The notes under the pieces were generated by a model. That model was not told the DNA's origin. It made no database searches and was given only the letters and a program-made list of their open reading frames with translations. From NCBI GenBank assembly GCA_003231035.1, contig QIHU01000241.1, positions 1 through 32,230 of the forward strand: a DNA stretch of 32,230 nt, in the 5' to 3' direction. A program made the translations under genes and the position numbers. The DNA comes from Acidobacteriota bacterium (GTDB lineage: Bacteria; Acidobacteriota; Thermoanaerobaculia; Multivoradales; SZUA-115). Below are positions 1 to 9,594 of the stretch, one piece after another (the stretch's first letter is position 1; every line of letters starts with the position of its first letter).

Positions 1-2890
1 GATCTCGGCATGGTGGTGGGGATGCTCGGGGTGCTCGCGGCGGGCGGCGCCTACCTGCCCCTCGACCCCTCACACCCCGCCGAGCGATTGCGCTGGATCC
101 TCGAGGATTCGACGGTGGCCCTTCTTCTCGCTTCGCGCGAGGCGCTCGAGCTTCTGCCGCGCACCGCCGCCCCACGGCTGGAGTTGGAACGCGATGGACG
201 GGTGCACCCAGCGCGGGCTCGCGGGCTCGTCGAACCGATGCCCGTGGTTCGTCACGAAGTGGATTCCCGGGCTTACGTCCTCTACACCTCGGGCTCGACC
301 GGTCGCCCCAAAGGGGTCGAAGTCAGCCACCGCTCGGTGGGAAACTTCCTCAGCTCGATGGCCCTTCGACCGGGAATGGAGGCGCACGATGTGATGCTCG
401 CCATCACCACCCTGGGCTTCGATATCTCGGTTCTGGAATTGCTGTTGCCCTTGTCCGTCGGCGGACGAGTCGAACTGGTCGAGAGCGAGGTGGCGGCCGA
501 TCCCGCCTCTTTGATGGCGGCGATCGACCGTGATGCAGGCCACCCCGGCGGGCTGGCGACTGTTGATCGAGGGCGGCTGGCAGGGTCGGGCCGCGCTCAA
601 GGTGCTGTGTGGTGGTGAGGCGCTGGTGGCGGAGTTGGCGGGTTGGCTGGCGGCGCGGTGTAGCCAGCTGTGGAACGTCTACGGGCCCACCGAGACCACC
701 GTCTGGTCTAGCGCTGAACGCATCCGCGGCCACGGCGAGGCGAGCCCTAAGGTGACCGTGGGGCGGCCGATCGCCAACACCCAGATCGTCCTGGCCGATC
801 CCCGAGGGCGGGCGGTGGCTTTGGGGGTGATGGGAGAACTGTGGATCGGCGGCGTCGGGGTGGCCCGCGGCTACTTGGGGCGCCCGGCGTTGACCGCCGA
901 ACGGTTCGTCCCCGATCCCTTCGCCGCGCTGAGCGGAGCGCGCATTTACCGCAGCGGAGATCTGGCTCGACGCCGCGCGGATGGCAAGCTTGAGCTCCTC
1001 GGTCGGCTCGACAGCCAGGTCAAGGTACGCGGTTTTCGGATCGAACTCGGCGAGATCGAGTCGGTCCTGGAAACGCTCCCCGAGGTGGCTCACGCGGTGG
1101 CTCTTGTTCAGGAAGAGGCTCCCGGTGAGCGCCGCTTGGTGGCCTACTTGGTCGCGAGTTCCGGGTTGGAGCTGGAGGCTGAAGCGCTGCGCTCGGCTCT
1201 GGGAGACCGTCTACCCGGGTACATGATCCCGGCCCTCCTGATGGCCGTCGAGAGTTTACCGCTCAACTCCAGCGGGAAGGTCGACCGCAAGGCCCTCGCG
1301 GCGCTGGGGGAAGTCTCGGTGGTGGCTGGCAAGGCCGCCTTCGTGGCCCCGCGCGGCGCCGGGCAACGGGCCTTGGCCGCCATCTGGAGTGAGGTTCTGG
1401 GCTGCGAACGGCTGAGCGTCGAGGACAACTTCTTCGCCCTCGGAGGGGACTCCATCCTGGCCATCCGCGTGGTCTCGATGGCCGCTGACCGAGGGCTGCA
1501 TTTCACCCCGCGGGACCTCTTCCGTCACCCGACGGTAGCTGCTTTGGCGGCCCTGGCCGAGGACGACGTGGAGAGCGACGAAGGCTGGACTCTGACCCCG
1601 GCGCAGCGCTGGCTACTCGCCGCTCCCAGCTGGGCCAGGATCGGCGAGGTGAGGGTTGTGCGCCCACCCCGTCCGATCTCTCGGCGGCAGCTGGAAGCGG
1701 CGCTGCGCGATGTCGTTGCCACCTACCCGAGCCTGGGCGGTCGCTTCGTGAGGGGCGATCCCATCGAGATCTTCGAAGCGGGTAAGGGGGTGGTTCCGAC
1801 GGTCTCTCGCGTGCAGCTGACTCTCTGCCGTTCCCAGGCGCGCCAGGCGGTGACGCGGGCGCTGCTTCGCCGCCTCGACAGCGCCTCCGGCCCTCTCTTG
1901 GTAGCGGCGCTGGTCGACGATGGGGCAGCGAGCGAGCTCGTTCTCGCGGCCCACCCCCTGGCCCTCGACGAGAGCTCCTGGCCGCCCTTGCTCGCTACCT
2001 TGGTCGGTCGGCTGGAGGGCGAAGAGACACGGAGCGATGAGGCGGCGCCGACCACCCGAACGCTCGTTGAGTTGGGGCGGCTGGGGCGCGGGGCTCCGCC
2101 GGCCGACGACGATGACCGGTGGCGGCGGCTGGCCGGCCAAACGGCGGGCGCCTTGGCGAGCGATGCGGGGTTGGCCTCGCCCCCGGACGCCGTTACCGCG
2201 CGCCACGGGGAGTCCTCGACCGAGTCCGTGGTGCGCCTGCGCTTGTCGACGGCCGCGACCCAGGATCTGACTTCGCTTTCCTCGGCCCTGGACGGTGAGC
2301 TCTCGGAATTCTTGCTCGCGGCGACGCTCCAGACCCTCTGCGCCTGGTCGGCCTGTCGTCGCCTCGTCGTGGCGGTCGGAGCCCAGGCCGCTGAACGGAG
2401 TCGTTGGGGATTGGCGCGGGAGGCGGTGGGAGCTTTCGCGCCTCCCGTGCCGGTGATCCTGGAGATCGAGCGCACGCTCGCGGCGACGGTGCCGAGAGTT
2501 CGCCGTCAGTTGCGCCGAAGCCGGCGGTTAGCGGCGATTTGGGGGATCACCTTGCCTGCCGAGTTGGCGGTGGAGGTCGGTTACCGATGGTGGCGAGCGG
2601 AGCCACCGGGGCCCGGTTGGGGCTGTGCCCCCGCCGCCTTCGACGCCCCCGCGCGCGGCTGGCTGCTGGCCATCCAAGGTTCTCACGACGAGGGCGCTCT
2701 GGGGGTCGAGTGGTCCTTCGATCCTGAGCGCCTCTCCCGCGGCGCTGTCGAGGCGCTCGCCGCCGCGACACTCGACGGCTTGCGCTCGTTGCTGGCAAGT
2801 GCCGCTCCCGCCGCGCGACAGCTCGTCGACCATTTTCCTGATGCTGAACTGAGTTCCGACGAACTGGAATCCCTACTGGCCGAGCTGTGA
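1..2890 (+). CDS. NRPS, 5'-truncated by the window, A(Gly)-T-degenerate E domain; frameshifted at about 525-533
   Basis: Frame of ORF 10..618 gives A-domain motifs GGAYLPLDP, YVLYTSGSTGRPKGV and GFDISVLE. Frame of ORF 530..2890 continues with MQATP, LCGGEAL, NVYGPTETTVWS, GELWIGG, YRSGDL, QVKVRGFRIELGEIE and SGKVDRKAL. T domain FFALGGDSI (Ser codon 1451) is the type normally preceding an E domain. C-terminal domain about 1580-2890 has HPLALDESSW and ends in a COM-like tail HFPDAELSSDELESLL. Confidence 0.9.
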
Positions 2891-2931
2891 TCGATCTTGA
2901 CCGTGACCGCCATCGAGCGCCGGAGACACCC

Positions 2932-5900
2932 ATGAATCGCAAGAACGTGGAAGACATCTACCTGCTACCGCCGACTCAACACGGCATGTTGTTGTACATG
3001 CTGCTCGAGAATCAGTACCCCGAGGTCTACCTCGAGCAGTACAGCTGCATCCTCGCCGGTTCCTTCAACCCGGCGGCGTGGCGCGAGGGTTGGCAAGCGG
3101 TCTTCGATCGGCATGCGGCGTTGCGCACTCAGTTCCTATGGGCCAAGCGCGATCGTCCTTTGCAGGTCGTGCGCCGCGATCTCGATCTTCCTTGGGAGGA
3201 ATACGACTGGAGAGAGCTCTCCGCTGACGAGCAGGAGCGGCGCTGGAGGAAGCTGCTCGAAGCGGATCGAAGTCGCGGCTTGACCCTCGATCAAGCACCC
3301 TTGATGCGCTGTGCCCTGGCGCGGGTCGGCGAGGTCCGGTTCCGGTTTCTGTGGACTTATAGCCACATGTTGGTCGATGGCTGGTCGATGGCTTTGATTC
3401 TGAGCGAGGTCCACAAGCTCTATCAGGCAGCGGTGGAAGGAGTCGATGCCGAGTTGCCCCCGGCGGAGAAGTTTCGTGACTTTGTCGCCTGGACTCAGGA
3501 GCAAGAGGTGGAGCGGGCGGAGAGTTTCTGGCGCCGTGAGCTGGCCGGCTTCGACGCGGCGACGCCGCTGCCCCTCGATGGCACCGGCCGGACGTTGGCC
3601 CCCGGCGAGGAGCGCTCCGCCCAGCTCGCGGTGATGGTGGACCCGGAGCTGACCGAGGGGCTGCGCACCTTGGCGCGTGGCAACCGGGTCACCCTGAACA
3701 CCCTGTTCCAGGCCGCCTGGGCGATGGTGCTGGCGCGCTACAACCGCCTCGATGACGTCACCTTCGGCGCCCTCTGTTCCGGCCGTCCGGCGGATCTGCC
3801 AGGGGTCGAGCGGATGGTCGGTCTGTTTATCAACTCCTTGCCAGCGCGCGTTCGTCTCGATCCAGTGCAGCGGCTCGGCGATTGGTTGGCTCAGCTGCAG
3901 GAGAGGCAAGTGGAGTCGCGCCAGTTCGAGTATTTGGCCGGGGAGCAGATTCGCGCCTGGAGCGATCTACCGCGCCGGGAAGAGGTCTTCAAGAGCGTGG
4001 TGATCTTCGAGAACTACCCGGTGGAGGGGACGGACTTCGAGGACTCCGGCCTGACCATCGAGGAGTGCGAGCTGCGGGAGGCTGGCAACTTCGCCTTCTC
4101 GCTGATGGTCAGCCTCCACGAAGGGGGGCTGAAGGTGACTTCCCTCTACCATCGCGACCGTTTCGATCGAACGGCGGTTCGACAACTCTTGGCAAGTCTC
4201 GAGACCGTCCTGCGGGCCTTTGTCGATCACCCTCAGGCCCGGCTGGGTGAGATCCAGCTCCTGGACGAGACGCAGCGCACGGCCGTTCTGGCCGCGGGCC
4301 ACGGGGAGATGATAGAGCGCACCACCGGTCTATTGCATCAACCTTTCGAGGAGATGGCTCGGCAGTGGCCTGGGCAGGTGGCGCTCGCCGCGGATCTGCT
4401 GGGCGATGACCCGCGGCGGATGAGCTATGCCGAGGTGGAGCTGCGCAGCCGAGCGCTGGCCATCGAGTTGCGCGGGAAGGGAGTGGGTCCAGATGTGGTG
4501 GTCGGTCTCCTGGGCTCGCGCTCCCTGGATTTCATTATCGCCATGCTCGGTGTGCTGCGCGCGGGCGGTGGTTACTTGCCGCTCGATCCCAGCTATCCCG
4601 CCGACCGCCTGGCCTTCATGGTGGAGGACTCGCGAGCGCGGGTCCTGGTGGTGGCGCCGGACGCCAAGGGGGCTCTAGAGACTTGTGATCTGCCGCGAAT
4701 CGATTTCGACGCGGCGGCGCGGGAACCCACTGAGCTGGGTGAACTCGCACCCAGCACGGCGATCCCAGCCAACCTCGCGGCCGTCATCTACACCTCGGGG
4801 TCGACCGGTAAGCCCAAGGGTGTTGGGGTGCCGCACGCGACCGCGTTGCACTACAGCCAGGACTCGATTGAGGTCTACGCCGTGGGGCCGCAAGACCGCC
4901 TGTTGCAGTTCTCTTCGATCGCGTTTGATACCAGTTTCGAAGAGATCTTCCCGGCGCTGTCGACCGGTGCCACCCTGGTGTTGCGCGATGAGGTGACCGC
5001 CAACTTCTTGCGCCGGGTCGGCGATCAAGGGATCACCGTGCTCAATCTGCCCACCGCTTTCTGGGGCGACCTAGCCCTGGAGATGGCGAAGAGTGTCGAC
5101 CGGGGTGACGAGATCGCGATCCCGGAGTCGCTGCGGGTGGTGATCATCGGCGGCGAGGAGGCTCAGAGCGACCGAGTGGAGGTCTGGCGCCGGGCGATGG
5201 AGAGTGCTCTCAAGGGCACTGGCGCGAGTCCGCCGACCCTGTTCAACACCTACGGCCCCACCGAGGCGACGGTGGTGACCACTAGGGCTGACCTCACCCA
5301 TCCCCGGCCGGAGCAGCGCTCGCTGGTGCCGATCGGGCGGCCGATCGCGAACGCGCGCACCTACCTCCTTGCGGCGACGATGGAGCCGGTGCCGCCGCTC
5401 GCCGATGGCGAACTCTACCTCGGGGGTGCTGGCCTGACGCGGGGCTACCTCGGTCGTCCAGCCGAGACCGCGGCCGCCTTTCGGCCGGACCCTTTCGCCG
5501 CGCGGCCGGGCGAGCGTCTCTACCGCAGTGGCGACCTGGCTCGGCGCCATCGCGACGGCCAGCTCGAGTTCCGTGGACGCATCGATCACCAAGTCAAGGT
5601 CCGCGGGTACCGCGTCGAGCTAGGGGAGATCGAGATGGCGCTGCGCGCCCTCGGTGGGGTGCGCGACGCGGTGGTGACGGTGCGCGGCGGCAACGGTGAC
5701 GACCGCATCGCCGCCTACTGGGTGGCGAGCGAGGTCGCCGAAGACGGGCTGAGCGCCATCGACCTGCGTCGGGCCCTGGGCGGCTCCTTACCCAAGTACA
5801 TGGTCCCCGCCTACTTTGTCGAGCTTCCAGAAATCCCGCTCACCGCCACCGGCAAGATTGACCGCCGGGCGCTGCCCGCTCCGGGGCCGCAACGGCCGGA

Positions 5901-8900
5901 GTTGGCGAGCGGCTATCGGGCGCCGCGCAACCCCGTGGAGGAGGTTCTGACCGGCATTTGGTGCGAGCTTCTGGGCGTCGAGCGGATCGGAGTCGAGGAT
6001 GACTTCTTCGAACTCGGCGGTCACTCGCTGCTCGTCGCCCGGTTGACCGGCCAGGTGCGCTCCTCACTGGGGGCCGAGTTGCCGATGACGGCGGTTTTCG
6101 ACCATCCGACGGTCGCCGAACTGGCCGAGATCGTGGGCGATAGCGACGCGCGGGGGAGCGACGCCGCGCCGGTTCCCGAGTTGCCCCCCTTGCTTGCCCT
6201 ACCTCGGGATGGGCGCAAGATTCCGCTCTCCTTTCCCCAGGAGCGGGTCTGGTTCCTCGACCGTCTTTCGGGGGGCGGCAACAAGGCCTACAACTTTCAG
6301 GTCACGATTTGGTTGCAAGGAGGGCTCCACGTGGGCGCCTTTCATCGCACCTTGGAAGAGATCGTGCGGCGCCATGAAGTGCTGCGCACCAGTTTCCCGG
6401 AGGTCGACGGCGAGCCGGTTCAGCGGATACATCCGCCTAGTCCCGTTCCGTTGCCCGTCGTCGACCTGTCGGGTTTGTCCACGGTGGAAGTCGGGGAAGC
6501 TTCGGAACGGCTGGTCGCCTTGGCGACGCAGATTCCTTTTGACCTGGGGCAGGGGCCGTTGATTCGGTGGTGGATGCTACGTTTGGCGGCGGACTATCAC
6601 GAGCTGCTCCAGGTGGAGCAGCACTTCGTGCATGACGGTTGGTCCTTCGCCGTGATGTTGCGCGAAATGAAGGCGATTTACGGCTCCTTCATCGCCAACC
6701 AACCCTCGCCGTTGCCGGAGTTGCCGGTGCAGTACGCCGACTATGCCCTCTGGCAACGCTCCTGGATGGAGGGCGAGGTGATGGAGCAGATGCTCGGCTA
6801 CTGGACGGGGCAACTGGAGGGTGCACCGACGGCGCTCGAACTGCCGACCGACCGGCCGCGTTCGAGCCAGCCGAGTTTCGCGGGCGACATGAACCTGTAT
6901 CAGATTCCGGGCGAGACCTACCGGGCGCTGCGCGAGTTCGGCCGTCGTGAGGGCTTCACCCTCTACATGACGACGCTCGCCGCCTTCTATCTGCTGCTCT
7001 ACCGCTACAGCGGCCAGACCGACATTCTGGTGGGGACCACCAACGCCAATCGGCGCACTCCCGAGATGGAAAAGCTGCTCGGGATGATCGTCAACAGCCT
7101 GGTGATGCGCGGCCAGCTGGGGGGCGACCCGACCTTCCGTGAGTTTCTGCTCCGGATCCGCGAAATGACCCTCGGCGGCTACAACTATCAGGACATGCCG
7201 CTCGAGCGGTTGGTGCGCGAGATCGATCCAGAGCGCCATGTGGGGCGCAATCCGCTCTTCCAAGTGCTCTTCCAGTTTCATGACGCGGCGATTCCCGACC
7301 TCGATTTTCCCGGCGACATCGAGGGCAAGTTCCTGGTCCGGGGAAACCGCACCGCCAAGATGGACTTGACGGTGATCGTCATTCCGCGGGCCGAGCAGCG
7401 GGTAGGCTCCGACGCCAGCGACGAAGAGATGCGGGCCAGCCTCCACTGGGAGTACTCGACCGAACTCTTCGACGAGGCGACGATCTCGCGGATGGTGGGC
7501 CACTACCTCACCTTGCTCGCCAGCGTTGTCGCCGATCCCGACTTGAAGCTCTCCGAGCAGCGCATGTTGAGCGCGGCGGAGACTCTGCAACTCACCCGCT
7601 GGAACGAGGAACACAGGTGCCCGCCACCGGAGTGGATCTCGATCGCCGTCCCGTTCGCCGAGCACCGCCGGCAACGGCCCAACGCCGCCGCGGTGTCGAT
7701 GGCTCCCGTGTCGATGGCCCTCGGCCTCGGGGCCAACGGGGGGGCGAGCCCTGGGGTGCGGGAGTGGAGTTACGCTGAGTTGGACCGCCATAGCGAGGAG
7801 CTGGCCCGGCGCCTGGGCGCTCTGGGCGTCGGCCCCGAGGTGGTGGTCGCGGTCTCGCTTTCCCGTTCGCCGTTCATGGTGGCGGCCCTGCTCGCGGTGG
7901 CCAAGCTCGGTGGAGCCTACCTTCCCCTCGATCCCGACTATCCGGCCCAGCGTCGTAGCTTCATGCTCGACGACTCGGGAGCGGCGCTGCTTCTCACCGA
8001 ACGGGGGTTGCTCGACGGGATACCACCGGTGGCGCGAGAAGGGGGGGTGGAAGTGGTGGTGATCGACGACGAGGGCGATGCCCCCGCCGCTCCCCACGGT
8101 GGGTCGCCGCTGGCCCGGCCCGACCCCGCCAACCTGGCCTACCTGATCTACACCTCGGGGTCGACCGGAAGACCCAAGGGGGTCGCCGTGACCTACGGGG
8201 GATTGGCCAACTTCCTCGCCTCGATGGCGCGACGCCCTGGCTTCACCGCCGAGGACGTGCTGCTGGCGGTGACCACCCTGTCGTTCGACATCGCTGGCTT
8301 GGAGCTCTACCTACCGTTGGTCACCGGCGGCAAAGTGGTCGTCGCCGACGCGGCGACGGCGGCCTCCGGGAGCCGGCTGGCGGCGGCGATCGAGAGCTCG
8401 CGGGCGACCGTGATGCAGGCGACCCCAGCGACCTGGCGGATGCTCCTCGAGGCTGGCTGGAGGCCGCCGGCAGGGCTCAAGCTGCTGGCGGGCGGCGAGG
8501 CCCTGCCCCCCGTCCTGGTGGCCGAACTGGCCGCCGCTTCGCGCGGGGAACTCGAACTATGGAACCTCTACGGTCCGACCGAGACGACGGTTTGGTCGAC
8601 CCTCGATCGGGTCGAGGTCGCACCGGCCAGCACCCTGAATTCGGTGAATTCCGTGTCGATCGGCCACCCGATCGACAACACGGGTGGCTACGTGGCCTCG
8701 CGGCGCTGGGAGCTGGCGCCGGTCGGGGTCCACGGTCAGTTGCTGATCGGCGGCGCCGGGCTGGCCCGTGGCTACTGGGCTCGGCCGGGTCTCACCGCCG
8801 AACGCTTCCGCCCCGATCCCTTCTCGCGGCGGCCGGGCGAGCGGCTTTACCTCAGCGGAGATCGGGTGCGTCGGCGCGAGGACGGCCGACTCGACTACCT

Positions 8901-9594
8901 GAGCCGGTTCGACGATCAGGTGAAGGTACGCGGCTTTCGCATAGAACTAGGTGAGGTGGAAGCGGCGTTGGTTCGCCATCCAGGGATCAGCCAGGCAGTG
9001 GTTGCCGCGCGCTCCGGGGCGGACGGTGTCGACGTCCTGGTGGCCTACCTGGTGGTCGATCCAAGTGGCGGCGGCGGTGAGGATCCCGGAGTGGGCGACT
9101 GGGGCGACGCCTTGCGGCGGATCCTGCCCGGCTACATGGTGCCCAGCTCCTTCGTCGTCCTCGACCAACTGCCCATGACCCCGAACGGCAAGGTGGACCG
9201 CAAGGCGCTGCCCGAGATGGATGGGGCCTTGCCGTTGGCGCAGGCTGAGTACCGTGCGCCGAGTACCGCCGTCGAAGAGTATTTGGTGGAGCTGTGGAGC
9301 GAGGTCTTGGCGGTGACCCCCATTGGCACCGGCGATTCCTTCTTCGCTCTTGGCGGCCATTCGCTGGCGGCCGGTCGGGTGCTGGCGCGGGTGCGGGATC
9401 GGCTGGCTGTCGATCTGCCGCTCTCGGTGATCTTTGATACACCGACCGTCGCGGCGCTGGCGGCGGCGGTGGAAACCGCCGGTGGGGTGCTGGGCGAAAC
9501 CGACCAGGCGCTGCAAGCCAAGGCGGCGGCGATGTCCGACGATGAACTCGATCTGCTGCTCGGCGAGATGTTGGGCCAAGGGGGGGCGCGATGA
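2932..9594 (+). CDS. Bimodular NRPS: C(DCL-like)-A(basic/diamino acid)-T-C(ureido-type)-A(Gly)-T
   Basis: 2235-aa ORF from GTG 2887; ATG 2932 has GGAG upstream. N-terminus NVEDIYLLPPTQHGML is typical of D-donor C domains, with active site SHMLVDG at 3361-3381. Two full A domains (YTSGSTGKPKG / YTSGSTGRPKG, YGPTE, GK(I/V)DR). Two T domains GGHSL (Ser codons 6025 and 9361). Second C domain has EQHFVHDG at 6616-6639. Confidence 0.96.
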   Translation: MNRKNVEDIYLLPPTQHGMLLYMLLENQYPEVYLEQYSCILAGSFNPAAWREGWQAVFDRHAALRTQFLWAKRDRPLQVVRRDLDLPWEEYDWRELSADEQERRWRKLLEADRSRGLTLDQAPLMRCALARVGEVRFRFLWTYSHMLVDGWSMALILSEVHKLYQAAVEGVDAELPPAEKFRDFVAWTQEQEVERAESFWRRELAGFDAATPLPLDGTGRTLAPGEERSAQLAVMVDPELTEGLRTLARGNRVTLNTLFQAAWAMVLARYNRLDDVTFGALCSGRPADLPGVERMVGLFINSLPARVRLDPVQRLGDWLAQLQERQVESRQFEYLAGEQIRAWSDLPRREEVFKSVVIFENYPVEGTDFEDSGLTIEECELREAGNFAFSLMVSLHEGGLKVTSLYHRDRFDRTAVRQLLASLETVLRAFVDHPQARLGEIQLLDETQRTAVLAAGHGEMIERTTGLLHQPFEEMARQWPGQVALAADLLGDDPRRMSYAEVELRSRALAIELRGKGVGPDVVVGLLGSRSLDFIIAMLGVLRAGGGYLPLDPSYPADRLAFMVEDSRARVLVVAPDAKGALETCDLPRIDFDAAAREPTELGELAPSTAIPANLAAVIYTSGSTGKPKGVGVPHATALHYSQDSIEVYAVGPQDRLLQFSSIAFDTSFEEIFPALSTGATLVLRDEVTANFLRRVGDQGITVLNLPTAFWGDLALEMAKSVDRGDEIAIPESLRVVIIGGEEAQSDRVEVWRRAMESALKGTGASPPTLFNTYGPTEATVVTTRADLTHPRPEQRSLVPIGRPIANARTYLLAATMEPVPPLADGELYLGGAGLTRGYLGRPAETAAAFRPDPFAARPGERLYRSGDLARRHRDGQLEFRGRIDHQVKVRGYRVELGEIEMALRALGGVRDAVVTVRGGNGDDRIAAYWVASEVAEDGLSAIDLRRALGGSLPKYMVPAYFVELPEIPLTATGKIDRRALPAPGPQRPELASGYRAPRNPVEEVLTGIWCELLGVERIGVEDDFFELGGHSLLVARLTGQVRSSLGAELPMTAVFDHPTVAELAEIVGDSDARGSDAAPVPELPPLLALPRDGRKIPLSFPQERVWFLDRLSGGGNKAYNFQVTIWLQGGLHVGAFHRTLEEIVRRHEVLRTSFPEVDGEPVQRIHPPSPVPLPVVDLSGLSTVEVGEASERLVALATQIPFDLGQGPLIRWWMLRLAADYHELLQVEQHFVHDGWSFAVMLREMKAIYGSFIANQPSPLPELPVQYADYALWQRSWMEGEVMEQMLGYWTGQLEGAPTALELPTDRPRSSQPSFAGDMNLYQIPGETYRALREFGRREGFTLYMTTLAAFYLLLYRYSGQTDILVGTTNANRRTPEMEKLLGMIVNSLVMRGQLGGDPTFREFLLRIREMTLGGYNYQDMPLERLVREIDPERHVGRNPLFQVLFQFHDAAIPDLDFPGDIEGKFLVRGNRTAKMDLTVIVIPRAEQRVGSDASDEEMRASLHWEYSTELFDEATISRMVGHYLTLLASVVADPDLKLSEQRMLSAAETLQLTRWNEEHRCPPPEWISIAVPFAEHRRQRPNAAAVSMAPVSMALGLGANGGASPGVREWSYAELDRHSEELARRLGALGVGPEVVVAVSLSRSPFMVAALLAVAKLGGAYLPLDPDYPAQRRSFMLDDSGAALLLTERGLLDGIPPVAREGGVEVVVIDDEGDAPAAPHGGSPLARPDPANLAYLIYTSGSTGRPKGVAVTYGGLANFLASMARRPGFTAEDVLLAVTTLSFDIAGLELYLPLVTGGKVVVADAATAASGSRLAAAIESSRATVMQATPATWRMLLEAGWRPPAGLKLLAGGEALPPVLVAELAAASRGELELWNLYGPTETTVWSTLDRVEVAPASTLNSVNSVSIGHPIDNTGGYVASRRWELAPVGVHGQLLIGGAGLARGYWARPGLTAERFRPDPFSRRPGERLYLSGDRVRRREDGRLDYLSRFDDQVKVRGFRIELGEVEAALVRHPGISQAVVAARSGADGVDVLVAYLVVDPSGGGGEDPGVGDWGDALRRILPGYMVPSSFVVLDQLPMTPNGKVDRKALPEMDGALPLAQAEYRAPSTAVEEYLVELWSEVLAVTPIGTGDSFFALGGHSLAAGRVLARVRDRLAVDLPLSVIFDTPTVAALAAAVETAGGVLGETDQALQAKAAAMSDDELDLLLGEMLGQGGAR

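Noticed and set aside
10-618. ORF 10..618 as an independent small gene
   Set aside because: It is the N-terminal part of the same A domain that continues in another frame after about 530; its tail is out-of-frame sequence.
6577-8097. 506-aa antisense ORF within the second NRPS, and many other short overlapping ORFs
   Set aside because: They overlap well-supported NRPS frames and translate to low-complexity sequence without domain motifs.
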